Positions 30,402 through 40,821 of a stretch of DNA of 64,000 bases are shown piece by piece. This DNA is from a bacterium. Lineage in GTDB: Bacteria; Patescibacteriota; Minisyncoccia; Phycocordibacterales; UBA9973. Position numbers and translations under genes: made by a program. Location: positions 3,206 through 67,205 of the forward strand of contig JBAWZD010000002.1 of the NCBI GenBank assembly GCA_037143195.1, in the 5' to 3' direction. How positions within the stretch are numbered: position 1 is the stretch's first letter; every line of letters begins with the position of its first letter. The notes under the pieces are model-generated. The model was given only the letters and a program-made list of their open reading frames with translations. It was not told the DNA's origin and ran no database searches.

Positions 30402-31067
30402 TTATTGTTGTACTGTGTCCCCCATTCCAAGTTTGATAGCCGGTTGTATATCTCCTGGATTAAATGTCTTATAAAAAAGTTCAATTACCGCTTCTGTCTC
30501 AAGTCTCTCTGTTCTTGCACCACACGATTCAAGACCACCAGAAATAACATTTACACGTTCGTCGAGCTGAGATCGCTTCTCCTCGAAGTTGATGTCTTCT
30601 GTTTTTTGCTTCGACGAACCCTCTGATTTCTTGTTTCCAAGGAGGCCTCCAAGAAAACCGCTACTTGTGGAAAGTGTTGCTTCGTCGTACGGGACGATAA
30701 CATAGAAATATTTTCGCATGATTGCAACCTGCTCGGTAAATTCGCGAATGAAACTAATATACCCTGCAGTTTGTAGCTTCAGTAGTGGCTCACGTTGATC
30801 TTTCATTTTTGAATCGAGGGTGAGGAGGTAAGGACGAATGTCGAGCCTGCGTGACTGCACGACAATTTGGATTGGAAAATCAAGTGAGTTCAAAAATGAT
30901 TGAAATTGATTGATTGTTGCGATTTGTTCCTGAGCTGATTTCAGGGAAAGGTTGACTGACGAGACTGCAACAATCGCTCGTAAGCCACCGTCTTTTAAAA
31001 CGATGACCCCTTCTCGCACCTGTTTAATCGGTACGAATTCTTGCGTTGCTTTTGCAGAGATTGCCAC
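30402..31067 (-). CDS. VirB4-associated (TraC/TraE N-terminal-like) protein
   Basis: ATQEFVPIKQVREG, FQSFLNSLDFPIQIVVQSRRLDI; lies between prgI and virB4; GTG start. Confidence 0.8.
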   Translation of the reverse strand: MAISAKATQEFVPIKQVREGVIVLKDGGLRAIVAVSSVNLSLKSAQEQIATINQFQSFLNSLDFPIQIVVQSRRLDIRPYLLTLDSKMKDQREPLLKLQTAGYISFIREFTEQVAIMRKYFYVIVPYDEATLSTSSGFLGGLLGNKKSEGSSKQKTEDINFEEKRSQLDERVNVISGGLESCGARTERLETEAVIELFYKTFNPGDIQPAIKLGMGDTVQQ

Positions 31068-31109
31068 GAAATCATTATATCACCACTACTAGAAAACAAA
31101 GAACGCTTT

Positions 31110-31517
31110 TTATTTTGAATCAAGAACATCGAGGCCCCACGCAATATCATGAATTTTTGATTCTGAGATTTTTGGGAGGTATTGCTCACGGGCGGCGTGC
31201 ACCTCGTCTTGCTTGAGAGGTTCGTTTTTTTTCTGGGTGTTTTCATGCTTCCAAACATACAGTTTGTCATTGAGCGCGTACGTAAACGCTGATTCAACAA
31301 TATTGATAAATGGTTTTTCGTTTATTTTTACAAAAGCCAAAGCAATGGCAATCGCAACAAACGGAAGCGCTGCCAAAATACCAAAAAAACCCGGAACGAG
31401 TTTGTATGCAAGGAAAGCGAGCCCTCCGCCCCCAACAAGATAAATAAACTGACGAAATGTCAGTGGTCCAAATATTTTGTCTTCAACGTCGATGAATTGG
31501 GGAACGTTATATTTCAT
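31110..31517 (-). CDS. PrgI family membrane protein
   Basis: VPQFIDVEDKIFGPLTFRQF followed by two TM helices. Confidence 0.9.
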   Translation of the reverse strand: MKYNVPQFIDVEDKIFGPLTFRQFIYLVGGGGLAFLAYKLVPGFFGILAALPFVAIAIALAFVKINEKPFINIVESAFTYALNDKLYVWKHENTQKKNEPLKQDEVHAAREQYLPKISESKIHDIAWGLDVLDSK

Positions 31518-31538
31518 GGGTATAGTATACCGCAGTGA

Positions 31539-32408
31539 TTAATTGAGAGGTTCTCGATACGGATCGGCGCTTGGCTTTGTGACGGGCATGGTCGCTGAAC
31601 TGTTTGGGGCGATTGGTTTAATGATTGAATAGTCTGTTACTTTTGAGGCGCTCATTGTAGGAGCCACAGCTGAAACGATTTTTGGGACAGCAGCTTCGGG
31701 GGCTTTTGCAGGTGGAATGTACGGAGTCTGTGCTATCGGAGCAGGAGGGGTTTGTTTTACTACTGTTGGTGTGTCGTGAATAACCACCCCTGTGCTCTCG
31801 AGAACAGTCTTTTCAGTTGCGGTGAGTCCTTGTTGTATTGGGGCAGCACTCGGAGGGGTAACTCGAATAGGAGCAGACACTACCACTGGCGTTGGTGCTG
31901 GTTGAGGTGGTACTGCCTGAGAAGGAGTAACTGGCGTTTGTTCGGGTACGGACACGCTATCCTTGATGTAATCAAGCGCCTCTTTTTTGTTGGTATAGAG
32001 TGATTCGATTGACGATCTGATTGGATTAAAAATCTGAGTGTTGATTTCTCGGACAATTACATCAATCTCCCCGTCATTTTTTTTGAGCTGGATTTGAACT
32101 TCATCACGAAAGTCTGCAGGCTTTGTCATCCCAAGAAGCACCATCATTGTTTCAAGTTCAATGATTCCAAGTTCGTCGTAGGTCAATTTGAGATCTTTGG
32201 CAATTGTAAAAAGTTTCATTGGATACGCATCATCCATGATCACTTTTTTTATTTCTTCGGGAAGAAGTTCATATCGAGATGCAATTTCTTTTTTTACATC
32301 GTCGAACGGGTCAGTTTCTCCGTCGCTTGGAGCTGTTTTTGCGTCCGTCATAGCCCCTGAAGTACTCGAGGAAACAACGGGAATTTTTTTCATCAAATCG
32401 TCTGCCAT
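31539..32408 (-). CDS. Hypothetical protein with Pro-rich C-terminus
   Basis: 289-aa ORF; helical N-domain, Pro/Ala/Thr-rich tail ending DPYREP. Confidence 0.8.
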   Translation of the reverse strand: MADDLMKKIPVVSSSTSGAMTDAKTAPSDGETDPFDDVKKEIASRYELLPEEIKKVIMDDAYPMKLFTIAKDLKLTYDELGIIELETMMVLLGMTKPADFRDEVQIQLKKNDGEIDVIVREINTQIFNPIRSSIESLYTNKKEALDYIKDSVSVPEQTPVTPSQAVPPQPAPTPVVVSAPIRVTPPSAAPIQQGLTATEKTVLESTGVVIHDTPTVVKQTPPAPIAQTPYIPPAKAPEAAVPKIVSAVAPTMSASKVTDYSIIKPIAPNSSATMPVTKPSADPYREPLN

Positions 32409-32450
32409 ATAGATATAGTATAGTACGGCACGAACAAGAACGCTACTTTT

Positions 32451-35270
32451 TTAGTGGTGATCACCTGCGTGTCCACCTCCATGTCCTCCACCGTGAGCAT
32501 CGTGTCCACCTCCATGTCCTCCACCATCGCCACCACTGAGACTCTTGAGGAAATCAAGGATTCCTTTGCCTGGTGATTTGTACTTCGTATGAAATGTATG
32601 TATTTGATGGCTGAGGTCTGCAGCCACATTGATGGCTCGGCCTTCCATGCGTGCCTCAGTAAATCGTGCTGAAAACATAGGCTCTTGTTTTTGGGTTACA
32701 GGCAAGATCTTTGTGGCGTTGATGAAAACATCACGGAGTCGTTCGGTCATTCCGCCGCTAATGGCGTCAGCGATTCCCTCTCCGATACCTTTCACGACGT
32801 TGTTTTTGATATTCCTGACGAAGTTACCACCGAAAGCGCCTTTTACATCGTTGCGCCATGAACGAAGTGCGTCAGCGTTTTGCTTGCCTTGAACATTGTT
32901 GAAATCAAGGTGCCCCATTTGCGAGAGCTGACCATAATTGTCGTATGTTTGGCCATGTACCATGTATGGAGATTGGACCATTTGTTGGTGCATGAATGAC
33001 TTCGCGCGGTCTGTCTTTGCGCGCTCGAGAGCCTTTTTGAGATCGGTAAGACTCTGACTTTCTGTTCTAATTGCAGCACTTCGCACGTCCATCTCAGAGA
33101 CAGGGTCTCCGTTTGCTTTTTTCCTCTTTCCGACATCGTTACTCGTCCAAGTATTTTTACTTGTTCCAATATCGTTCTTTGTAACAGGCTTACCATTGCT
33201 CTTTAGTTTAGGAGGTTTGCCTGTGCTTGGATCACCTTCATCTCCTGGTTGCCAAGTGCCTTCGGAATCATCCCCCATGTTGTTGTCTTTTAATTTCTTT
33301 TCGAGCCTTAAAACATCAGCTCTCGCTTTTTTCCAAGCTGCCGATTTTTTGTCCGCTATTCCATTCGCGATACTGTTTGCCACTCGTAACTCGGCATTGA
33401 TTGCTTCAGCATTTTTGTCTCGAGCGGCGATGGTATTTTCAAGTTCAGTTATCTGTCCATGGTCAGCTTCAAGACTGTCGGTAAACGCGCGGAGTTTCGC
33501 TGCTTTGCGGGCGACGGCACCGTTGTATCCCCCAGCGGTATTTGCCGTCGAGAGACTACCAAAACTCTCCATGTTCATGCCAGTTGCACTCGAAAACGCA
33601 TTCCCAATGCCAGATTGACGGAAGTCGTACGAACTCGATGCGCTTTTCTGCCAGCGAGCGAGTTTGCGAGCCGACTCACGTTGGAGAGACTGAAATTCCG
33701 CGCTTTCTGCCAGCTCGGCGTAATCTAATTTTTCGAGATTCTTATATTCCGCAGAACCGGGCTTGTACTTGCTCAAAAGCACCTCTCGAGTTTTTGAATT
33801 GACGCGTCCAGCTGCGAGGTCGCGAGCTTCTTCCGTATCTCGGCTTTTGGCGTATGCGCCGAGCGTGCGACTGAGCAAGCCCGCACCCATTCCTGAGATA
33901 GCTCCGAGTGCTGTTCCTCCGAGCATTGCTGCACCTTTGAATACCATTGAGCCTATTTCTCCGGAAGCTTTCTTCACATAGGTCGTTGCTTTCAAAAGCA
34001 TCACGATGAAGAACATGAATGAGAGGAACATGATCGCAAGTGTTGCAAACGTCGCGCGATCGGAGGCTGTTGCCATGAGCGTTGAGGCTGCGAAGGAACT
34101 TCGGGTCATCAAGGCGATGAGATACAGGAAAAAGAAATAGATTGGTCCAGAGAACGCGAGTGTAAAGAGTGATTTCCACCAATCACTCCAGCCAAACCCT
34201 TCAATGTGCTGAGCTGACGGCATGATATATGATACGAATGCGAACGGCGCAAAAATAATCGCAATCCAGAGCCCGATGAGTCTTCCAAGGAAGGAGATTG
34301 CCGCAATAAAGAACGAATATGCTACAACGCAAAACATCGCTCCTGCGAGTATGAGAATACTGATGAGTACAGAATCAGGAACTTGGTTTTCTGAACCGGT
34401 CGTCGTGATGAAATATCCAAGTATTCCACCAACCGTACAGCCGATTGCGTTCCCGATGACAGGGACCACTGTTCCAGCGATGGCTCCCGTTATACAACCT
34501 GCCATCACGTGAGTGTTGTTACTCCTTGTGGGTTTTTCGAGGTTCTTCCAGAAATCCTCGTCGTTGAGCTGTTGTGGCTGGAATGCGGTTACAAGTGCGG
34601 CACTAATATCTTTTGGTGGGACTACGCCTGTTGGAATGTTGGCGGCATTTGGTGTTATCGGGCCATTCTTGTTCGTGATGGTGATTTGGTTATAGAAAAC
34701 AAGCGCGAGCGCATTCGACGTGTCGATCACCGCTTCCGTAATGAAGAAACTGAAGTTGACAATGAGCGCGATGAAGATGACAGAGGCGATCATCTTTTTT
34801 GGGTTTGCATGTCCGATTTCTATGTCGAGCACGAGAGAGAGCGCTGCCAAGAGCAACACAAGAATAAAGAAAATATTTCCGAAGTCTCGAGTAACTCTCC
34901 AGCCGTCGGCAATGAATGAAGATGAACTGTAGAGCGAACTCGAAAGCGTCAGTGAGGCAAGTGAGTCGAACGCCATCGCCGAAAACATCATCAGCCATCC
35001 ACCAACTTTGAATGGAATGAAATAGAGTACCCACTCGAGACACCCAGCAAGAGAACTATTGTCGCCGGAGGCGCCCACCCCACACTTGAAGTTTGAGGTG
35101 ATATCATATTCGTTTTTGACTGAAGGCGCTGCGCCTGCCGGCGTGTTTTGAGCGAACGCCGTTTGGGTGCTAACAGCGACTGTTCTATCTGCAGAAAGTG
35201 AAAGTGTTACCGGCAGAAAAATACCTGCACAGACGGCAACAGTAAGTATGGCGAGTACGATACGCTTCAT
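32451..35270 (-). CDS. VirB6-like polytopic membrane protein with long cytoplasmic C-terminus
   Basis: GWRVTRDFGNIFFILVLL, ALIVNFSFFI, GRLIGLWIAIIFAPFAF, WWKSL; located in the VirB4 cluster. Confidence 0.8.
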   Translation of the reverse strand: MKRIVLAILTVAVCAGIFLPVTLSLSADRTVAVSTQTAFAQNTPAGAAPSVKNEYDITSNFKCGVGASGDNSSLAGCLEWVLYFIPFKVGGWLMMFSAMAFDSLASLTLSSSLYSSSSFIADGWRVTRDFGNIFFILVLLLAALSLVLDIEIGHANPKKMIASVIFIALIVNFSFFITEAVIDTSNALALVFYNQITITNKNGPITPNAANIPTGVVPPKDISAALVTAFQPQQLNDEDFWKNLEKPTRSNNTHVMAGCITGAIAGTVVPVIGNAIGCTVGGILGYFITTTGSENQVPDSVLISILILAGAMFCVVAYSFFIAAISFLGRLIGLWIAIIFAPFAFVSYIMPSAQHIEGFGWSDWWKSLFTLAFSGPIYFFFLYLIALMTRSSFAASTLMATASDRATFATLAIMFLSFMFFIVMLLKATTYVKKASGEIGSMVFKGAAMLGGTALGAISGMGAGLLSRTLGAYAKSRDTEEARDLAAGRVNSKTREVLLSKYKPGSAEYKNLEKLDYAELAESAEFQSLQRESARKLARWQKSASSSYDFRQSGIGNAFSSATGMNMESFGSLSTANTAGGYNGAVARKAAKLRAFTDSLEADHGQITELENTIAARDKNAEAINAELRVANSIANGIADKKSAAWKKARADVLRLEKKLKDNNMGDDSEGTWQPGDEGDPSTGKPPKLKSNGKPVTKNDIGTSKNTWTSNDVGKRKKANGDPVSEMDVRSAAIRTESQSLTDLKKALERAKTDRAKSFMHQQMVQSPYMVHGQTYDNYGQLSQMGHLDFNNVQGKQNADALRSWRNDVKGAFGGNFVRNIKNNVVKGIGEGIADAISGGMTERLRDVFINATKILPVTQKQEPMFSARFTEARMEGRAINVAADLSHQIHTFHTKYKSPGKGILDFLKSLSGGDGGGHGGGHDAHGGGHGGGHAGDHH

Positions 35271-35275
35271 ACCTA

Positions 35276-38200
35276 CTAGTATATCCCAATTATGTGCTCA
35301 AGACCTACTAATGCGTTGTTGATTGGCTGGATATTGATAGTTGAGACGTCGTGATTACGGATCAATTTGTTGTAATCCAATTTTACAGAGCCGACCGATT
35401 CGCTTGGTCCACTGAATCCTGGGGCATCAACCATCGGGCCTCCCCAGAAATTTGCGAAGAAGAAGGCTTGGTTTTTCTGGTCAGCTGGGTAATCTTGTTC
35501 ACCATCGTTCGGAAACGGATTCTTTCCAAAGAGTTTGATTCCATTGCCTTGTGCATAGTGCCAATCAGGCAAAAACGACTGTTGTGGTGGGAGTACTTTT
35601 AGTAATGCTTGAGGCAGATTTTCTATTGTCCCATCATTCGATGTGTAGAAAGAGAACGCGACACGATTTGTTGGTCCTCCGTCAGTGATGAAGCGAGGAA
35701 CAGTTCCATCCGGAGCGACGGCTGTTCGCTTGATGCAGTCTGCGAGCATTCCAGTTGCTGACTTCCTCATTCCGTCAATCGTTCCATCAGGGTCCTTTAT
35801 CGAACCGATTGCAAAATTCTTGTTGCTTATTTGGTCAAAGACGGCCTCTTCTTGTTTAAGATCATCCGGTCCATGAATATATGGTGCGATTTGTTGGAAC
35901 GAATTGCTAATTCTAAGGATTTCCGCTTCGTAGTCACTGAGACCTGATTGGCTAGATAGGCCTTTAAGGACTTGAAGGTCAGCATTGTAATCTCGAACTC
36001 CGTTCGTTTGAGTTGTAGTTGAATTGCTTTGGGTGGCGACTCCATTCACCGAAAGAATCGCGTTATTGAGCGACGTATTTATTTTTTCACTCACTGCATA
36101 GTTTGGAATAGTTGGAAGAGTGTTCCCTGCTGGGTCAAGAACCTGAACAGTACGAGTCACTTGGCTGGCTGAAATTCCGGCACTGTTTTTTACGTCATAA
36201 GTAACCGTGTATATACCCGGTGTCGTTGTGTCGACGTTTTGAATTGTGACGATACTATTTGTAATATTGCCATCTTTGTATGGGTCGTTTGCTGTTGCGC
36301 CAGGATCTACAAACTTCGTCCCCACAGCGATAGACATCGTTTGATTACCGAGGAGATTGATGGTTGGTATGAGATCAAGTTTACCGTTGACACCAGGGAA
36401 ACCTTTTTCGTTTGGAAGGTCTCGAACTCGGAGAAGGAGGTGGTAGAGTTGGGCGACTGTTGTAGCGCTCGTATCTTTGAGGACTTGGTTTTGAGACATT
36501 GAGTCTCTGTCACTTTGAATATTTGCGAACTCAGCAGTGTCGGCGGCTACTAGGTCTGGGATATCATTGTTAAAACCTTGATAACCACCATTCTCGATTT
36601 TTGCACGAGTATAACTTGATGTTGATAGGTCAGGAATGTCGGAAATTGTTTTTGGCGTCGCTCCAACGTCGTAGGTTGTTGGGGTATAAGGAACCGTTGG
36701 CTTGCTACCATCTTTTGGAAATTCGTGATCAGAAATGTCTTGCGAAATTACTGTGTCGCGGTATGTCGGAGCGTAAGTCATCAACATGGCTTTTTTGTAG
36801 CGCGAAGCAAGGGTTGTAACGATGCGCGATGAATGGTCGTGACCATTTAGGTCGGCACGGCCATCACCGTTTTGTTCAAATTCAACACCCATGATTGCAT
36901 TCATGAATGGGCCATAGATACTTTCCGCTTCGCGGTTTGTATCTGTTCCAATTGCATGGAGGATTGCTCCTACGACAAGGCCAACTACTGCTCCGATTGC
37001 TGTTCCAATCACTGGAGCTGTAGCGGTCCCCACTCCAGCTCCGAGTGCCACTGACGTAGCGACTACTCCCACAGTTAGCCCAATCACAGAACCAGCACTT
37101 TGCCCGTACGTTGTGAGGACCTTTTTGAGGTCGCTTTGGCTTGCGCTTGCAAGGAAGAGTGCGGGGTTTGCTACGAAATTTTGAGCATTTGTTTCAATTT
37201 CATTTTGCCAGCCTGGGTGTGGTCCTGGAATACAGTAATCAAGACTGTATATATTGGTAATAAGGCTGTGTTGAGCAGCGATTTCTTTTGCAAGAATTTG
37301 CTGGTATCCCTCTGGCAATGAGAGGTCGCCAACGCAAGGGTCTCCCGCGTTGTTGTATTCTTGGTCTGGTGTCGTACATCCAGGCACTGAAGATGAAGTG
37401 TCGGTTTGATTGTATTCGTAGCGAATAACTGAGGGGATATCTGTAAATACATTGAAGTTCGTGCCTGCATTCGCCCATGTTCCATTCGCTGTTACGCCAT
37501 TGTTTACGGTGACTGATGTTGTGATCGGGACACCAGGATTATTCTTTGTGAAATTACTATTTGATTGCGCGTTTGTTGAGTTTGAAAGTGATGAAAGTCC
37601 TTTGTTGATAAGTTGATTGGCGAGTGCGTTAAAAATCGCCGTTATATCAGTGCTCAAATCTTGGCCATTGATAAGCTGGTTTGAAGGGATGTTGATGGTT
37701 TGAGTTAGAGCATTTGCTACAACACTACCTGGTGTCTGAACTTTCCACTGATTACAAACCTTGCTAGCATTTACCGCTGCGTAAGCGTTATCGGCTGCGA
37801 GCAGGGCTGCGCTTGCAGCAGCACTCTGGTTGTCAGCAATATCAAGTGCTGCCTGAGCGCTTTTGATTGCCGCAGCATCTCCCGACTTTTGTGCGGCTGC
37901 GAGTGCGTCTGCTGCGAGTGCGTCTGCTTTGTTTGCTGCATCTGCTGCATCTGCTGCCGCTGCATCTGCCGCTTTGCTACTATCTGTGTCAGCGTCTGGG
38001 TTATATTTTGGATCGACACATGTTTTTATATCAAGAAAGCCCCCTGAGCGTTGCAAGGTATCTTTGATATCTTGCATTGGTGAGTAGGCTGTTTGAGCTA
38101 GACGCTTGGTTATCTCTTGAGTTGCACTCATACGGAATCCGAGCGGGTCGTTTCCGATATCAAACTGAGAGTTGAATGCAGACCATCCCCCATTCGTGAA

Positions 38201-38977
38201 ATTTACTGCAAAATCTTTGTCTGTTAGACCTGGGTATCTTTGAGCAATAACGGCGTTTAAGCTGTACTTTGAGCTTTTTTCAAACCCAGTTTGAAGTTCT
38301 TTTGCGAGGTGTAATACGAAATCTCGTCCAAACGGGTAATTTTTGTTATCAAAGGCAAATGTTGCATTGAAGTCTCTCAAAGCTTTGTCGCCAAGATTTT
38401 TAAGAATTGCCCCAGTGTTTGTACTATAGAGAGGACTTCCATTGAATCCATGGTTAATCCAGTTTACTGTTGCGAGTGTCAGTTGACGAAGAATAACCCC
38501 TGCCGCAGCCTTTTCCATTGCGTTTGTACAGGTTGTTTTCGTTACCTGCGCCTCAGTGTTTGTGGCAATATTTTGAAGCGCCTGGTTTGTTTTATCTGTA
38601 GAACTAAGATGAACGAGTTGGTCAGCCGGTGCTCCACTACCACCTGCTTCTTTCGCTGCAGCCGCTGCCGCAGTAGCGGCTGCTTGTTTTGCTGTATCTT
38701 CTGCTGCTGGTACAAGCAAATTTCGGATTCCGTTTTGAATTTTTGTTTTGTTACAGGCAATGGCTGCGGCTGCAACTGCCCCGACTGAGTCTTGAACGAT
38801 ACTTCCGAGCGATATTCCCGCTTGGCCTGTCGTTAATGTGCTACTCGAGGTCGAAACATTTCCACCTGCCGTGACCGTCGGAGCTGCAAAAACACTCGCA
38901 GGGATTGCCGCGCATGTTATTGCGAATATGAGTAAAATAGTTACAAACTTTCGAACGTCGAGCGCCGTAGATGTCAT
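35276..38977 (-). CDS. Large secreted/membrane protein with glycine-zipper segment and DUF5011/HYR-like Ig domain
   Basis: Signal peptide; TVNWINHGFNGSP, GGWSAF, TPGSVVAN; PTINLLG...FVDPGATAND...PGIYTVTYDV...TRTVQV. Confidence 0.82.
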   Translation of the reverse strand: MTSTALDVRKFVTILLIFAITCAAIPASVFAAPTVTAGGNVSTSSSTLTTGQAGISLGSIVQDSVGAVAAAAIACNKTKIQNGIRNLLVPAAEDTAKQAAATAAAAAAKEAGGSGAPADQLVHLSSTDKTNQALQNIATNTEAQVTKTTCTNAMEKAAAGVILRQLTLATVNWINHGFNGSPLYSTNTGAILKNLGDKALRDFNATFAFDNKNYPFGRDFVLHLAKELQTGFEKSSKYSLNAVIAQRYPGLTDKDFAVNFTNGGWSAFNSQFDIGNDPLGFRMSATQEITKRLAQTAYSPMQDIKDTLQRSGGFLDIKTCVDPKYNPDADTDSSKAADAAAADAADAANKADALAADALAAAQKSGDAAAIKSAQAALDIADNQSAAASAALLAADNAYAAVNASKVCNQWKVQTPGSVVANALTQTINIPSNQLINGQDLSTDITAIFNALANQLINKGLSSLSNSTNAQSNSNFTKNNPGVPITTSVTVNNGVTANGTWANAGTNFNVFTDIPSVIRYEYNQTDTSSSVPGCTTPDQEYNNAGDPCVGDLSLPEGYQQILAKEIAAQHSLITNIYSLDYCIPGPHPGWQNEIETNAQNFVANPALFLASASQSDLKKVLTTYGQSAGSVIGLTVGVVATSVALGAGVGTATAPVIGTAIGAVVGLVVGAILHAIGTDTNREAESIYGPFMNAIMGVEFEQNGDGRADLNGHDHSSRIVTTLASRYKKAMLMTYAPTYRDTVISQDISDHEFPKDGSKPTVPYTPTTYDVGATPKTISDIPDLSTSSYTRAKIENGGYQGFNNDIPDLVAADTAEFANIQSDRDSMSQNQVLKDTSATTVAQLYHLLLRVRDLPNEKGFPGVNGKLDLIPTINLLGNQTMSIAVGTKFVDPGATANDPYKDGNITNSIVTIQNVDTTTPGIYTVTYDVKNSAGISASQVTRTVQVLDPAGNTLPTIPNYAVSEKINTSLNNAILSVNGVATQSNSTTTQTNGVRDYNADLQVLKGLSSQSGLSDYEAEILRISNSFQQIAPYIHGPDDLKQEEAVFDQISNKNFAIGSIKDPDGTIDGMRKSATGMLADCIKRTAVAPDGTVPRFITDGGPTNRVAFSFYTSNDGTIENLPQALLKVLPPQQSFLPDWHYAQGNGIKLFGKNPFPNDGEQDYPADQKNQAFFFANFWGGPMVDAPGFSGPSESVGSVKLDYNKLIRNHDVSTINIQPINNALVGLEHIIGIY

Positions 38978-39046
38978 CAAAGACTAGTATACTCCGGAGC
39001 CCTTGTTTATAAAAGCTTTCTGTGGAAACGTGGCGATGTTTTTTGC

Positions 39047-39952
39047 TTAGTTTGCGAAATAACTCGAAATTGTTGCCGTTGCTCTGTCAGCTTCGTCGCT
39101 TGCTTTTACGTAATCGTCGAGCGAGACCATTCCGTGGATCGTGTCAGTGTAGAGGTTTTCAATGTGGATAAGCGTTTGTCCCATTTCAGCGGTTGAGTTT
39201 GCAAGGGCGAGAGCACTTTGAGAAATCTCAATTGGTGTTTTGAGGGCAACCATTTTTTTAGCAAGGCTAATATATGCTTCAGCAATCGGCTGAAGCAATT
39301 TGAGTGAGCCTGAATTGTTTTGGTTGAGCGAGTCTGAAATGATATTGAGTTCTGAGCCTAAATCAACGTTGTTGTATTCCGAGATTAGATTTTTTAGGGC
39401 GTTTTGATATGCGGTTTTTTCTTTCTGGGTACCCGTGCTTACAACCGTAAGATCGCTCATCGAATACGTGACCGGATTTGCATGCTTATTGTCGACATCG
39501 TTTCCGATTGTCTGGGCGACTTTCGTGAGCGCGTCCGGAGTTAGGTTTCCTGATTGGCGAAGCGCGAGCACTGTGGACATAAATTCACGAGTAAATATAT
39601 CTGTCGGAGTTGGCAAATTGCTGTCGTCTGTCTTTATAGCATTTTGGGCCTTTTTTGATTCAATAATTTTCTTATTGGCCGCTCCGTCTCCTTTTGGGTC
39701 AAGTCCCCAGAGAGATTCCTCCCAGTCGGGGATCCCGTTATTGTTTGAATCTTGCGAAATCGCTTGATTGAGTGTTCCTGAATAACTCACAAGATTGAAT
39801 TCACCCGGATTTTTGTTAAAAGATGATTTTGAACCAAAATAACTTGTTGCTATAAAAATTGCCAGAATAACAACGATACAAGTCCCAATGATGATTGAAA
39901 ATTTTTTGCTGGGAAGATATTTGCCCCATTCGAGAACCTTTTCGAGTTGCAT
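39047..39952 (-). CDS. Membrane-anchored hypothetical protein with thrombospondin type 3-like Ca-binding motif
   Basis: N-terminal TM; DSNNNGIPDWEESLWGLDP. Confidence 0.8.
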   Translation of the reverse strand: MQLEKVLEWGKYLPSKKFSIIIGTCIVVILAIFIATSYFGSKSSFNKNPGEFNLVSYSGTLNQAISQDSNNNGIPDWEESLWGLDPKGDGAANKKIIESKKAQNAIKTDDSNLPTPTDIFTREFMSTVLALRQSGNLTPDALTKVAQTIGNDVDNKHANPVTYSMSDLTVVSTGTQKEKTAYQNALKNLISEYNNVDLGSELNIISDSLNQNNSGSLKLLQPIAEAYISLAKKMVALKTPIEISQSALALANSTAEMGQTLIHIENLYTDTIHGMVSLDDYVKASDEADRATATISSYFAN

Positions 39953-39970
39953 ATTAAAGAGTATAGCACT

Positions 39971-40789
39971 TCATCTTTCAGTCAGGAAAGTTTTGGCGAG
40001 CACAACCCACGTTGAGAGCTGGAGGTCCTCTGCGCGCGTGTTTGGTGAAAGGTCGAGTGCAAGGAACGATTTTTGAATCTGAGCTTTTTCGGCAACTGCT
40101 TCGAGGTTACGAGCGAGGAGTTTTCGTTTGTGAGCAAAGCCTGCGCGAACAACTTTGAAAAAAAGATGAATGGCTTCCGTTTCAGGTACGTCCCAATGTG
40201 TAAATGCATGTTGGGATATGTCGTACACTGCGAGCACTGCAGAATCTACTTTTGGGGCAGGACGAAATGCGCTTGCGGGAACTTTTGCGGTGAGTTTTGG
40301 TGTACCGAATGCTTTTACCGAAATTGAAAGAATACTTTCTTTGTTGTCACGAGCGACGATGCGCGTCGCGACTTCTTTTTGGATGAGCACCACCATGCAT
40401 GAGGGTGAGCACTTCTCTGACAGGAATTTTTCAAAGATTGCACCAGTAATATAGTATGGGATATTGGCGACGAGTTTGTACTCCCCTTTTTTGAGTCCGT
40501 GTTTCTCTGGGTCGAAATCCAGAATATCTGCTTCGATGAGTGTGAGTTGTTTGGATTTGATTTGCTCCGCAAATCGCTCTTCGAGAATTGGGATGAGATC
40601 GCGGTCTTTCTCGACGGCGACGACGTGTGCGTTTGTGGCGAGGAGGGCGTCCGTGAGGACGCCCTCCCCTGGGCCAATCTCAAGCACGGTATCACCCGCG
40701 ACGACATTCCCTGCACTCACAATCGCATAAATCGCCGACTTGCTTCGGAGAAAATGTTGTCCAAGAGATTTTTTTGCGCGATGTACCAT
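39971..40789 (-). CDS. rsmA: 16S rRNA dimethyltransferase RsmA/KsgA
   Basis: KKSLGQHFL, EIGPGEG, NIPYYIT, FRPAPKVDSAV. Confidence 0.97.
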   Translation of the reverse strand: MVHRAKKSLGQHFLRSKSAIYAIVSAGNVVAGDTVLEIGPGEGVLTDALLATNAHVVAVEKDRDLIPILEERFAEQIKSKQLTLIEADILDFDPEKHGLKKGEYKLVANIPYYITGAIFEKFLSEKCSPSCMVVLIQKEVATRIVARDNKESILSISVKAFGTPKLTAKVPASAFRPAPKVDSAVLAVYDISQHAFTHWDVPETEAIHLFFKVVRAGFAHKRKLLARNLEAVAEKAQIQKSFLALDLSPNTRAEDLQLSTWVVLAKTFLTER

Positions 40790-40821
40790 ACGGCTACTCT
40801 AGCATACTGCGCGCCCCTTCT

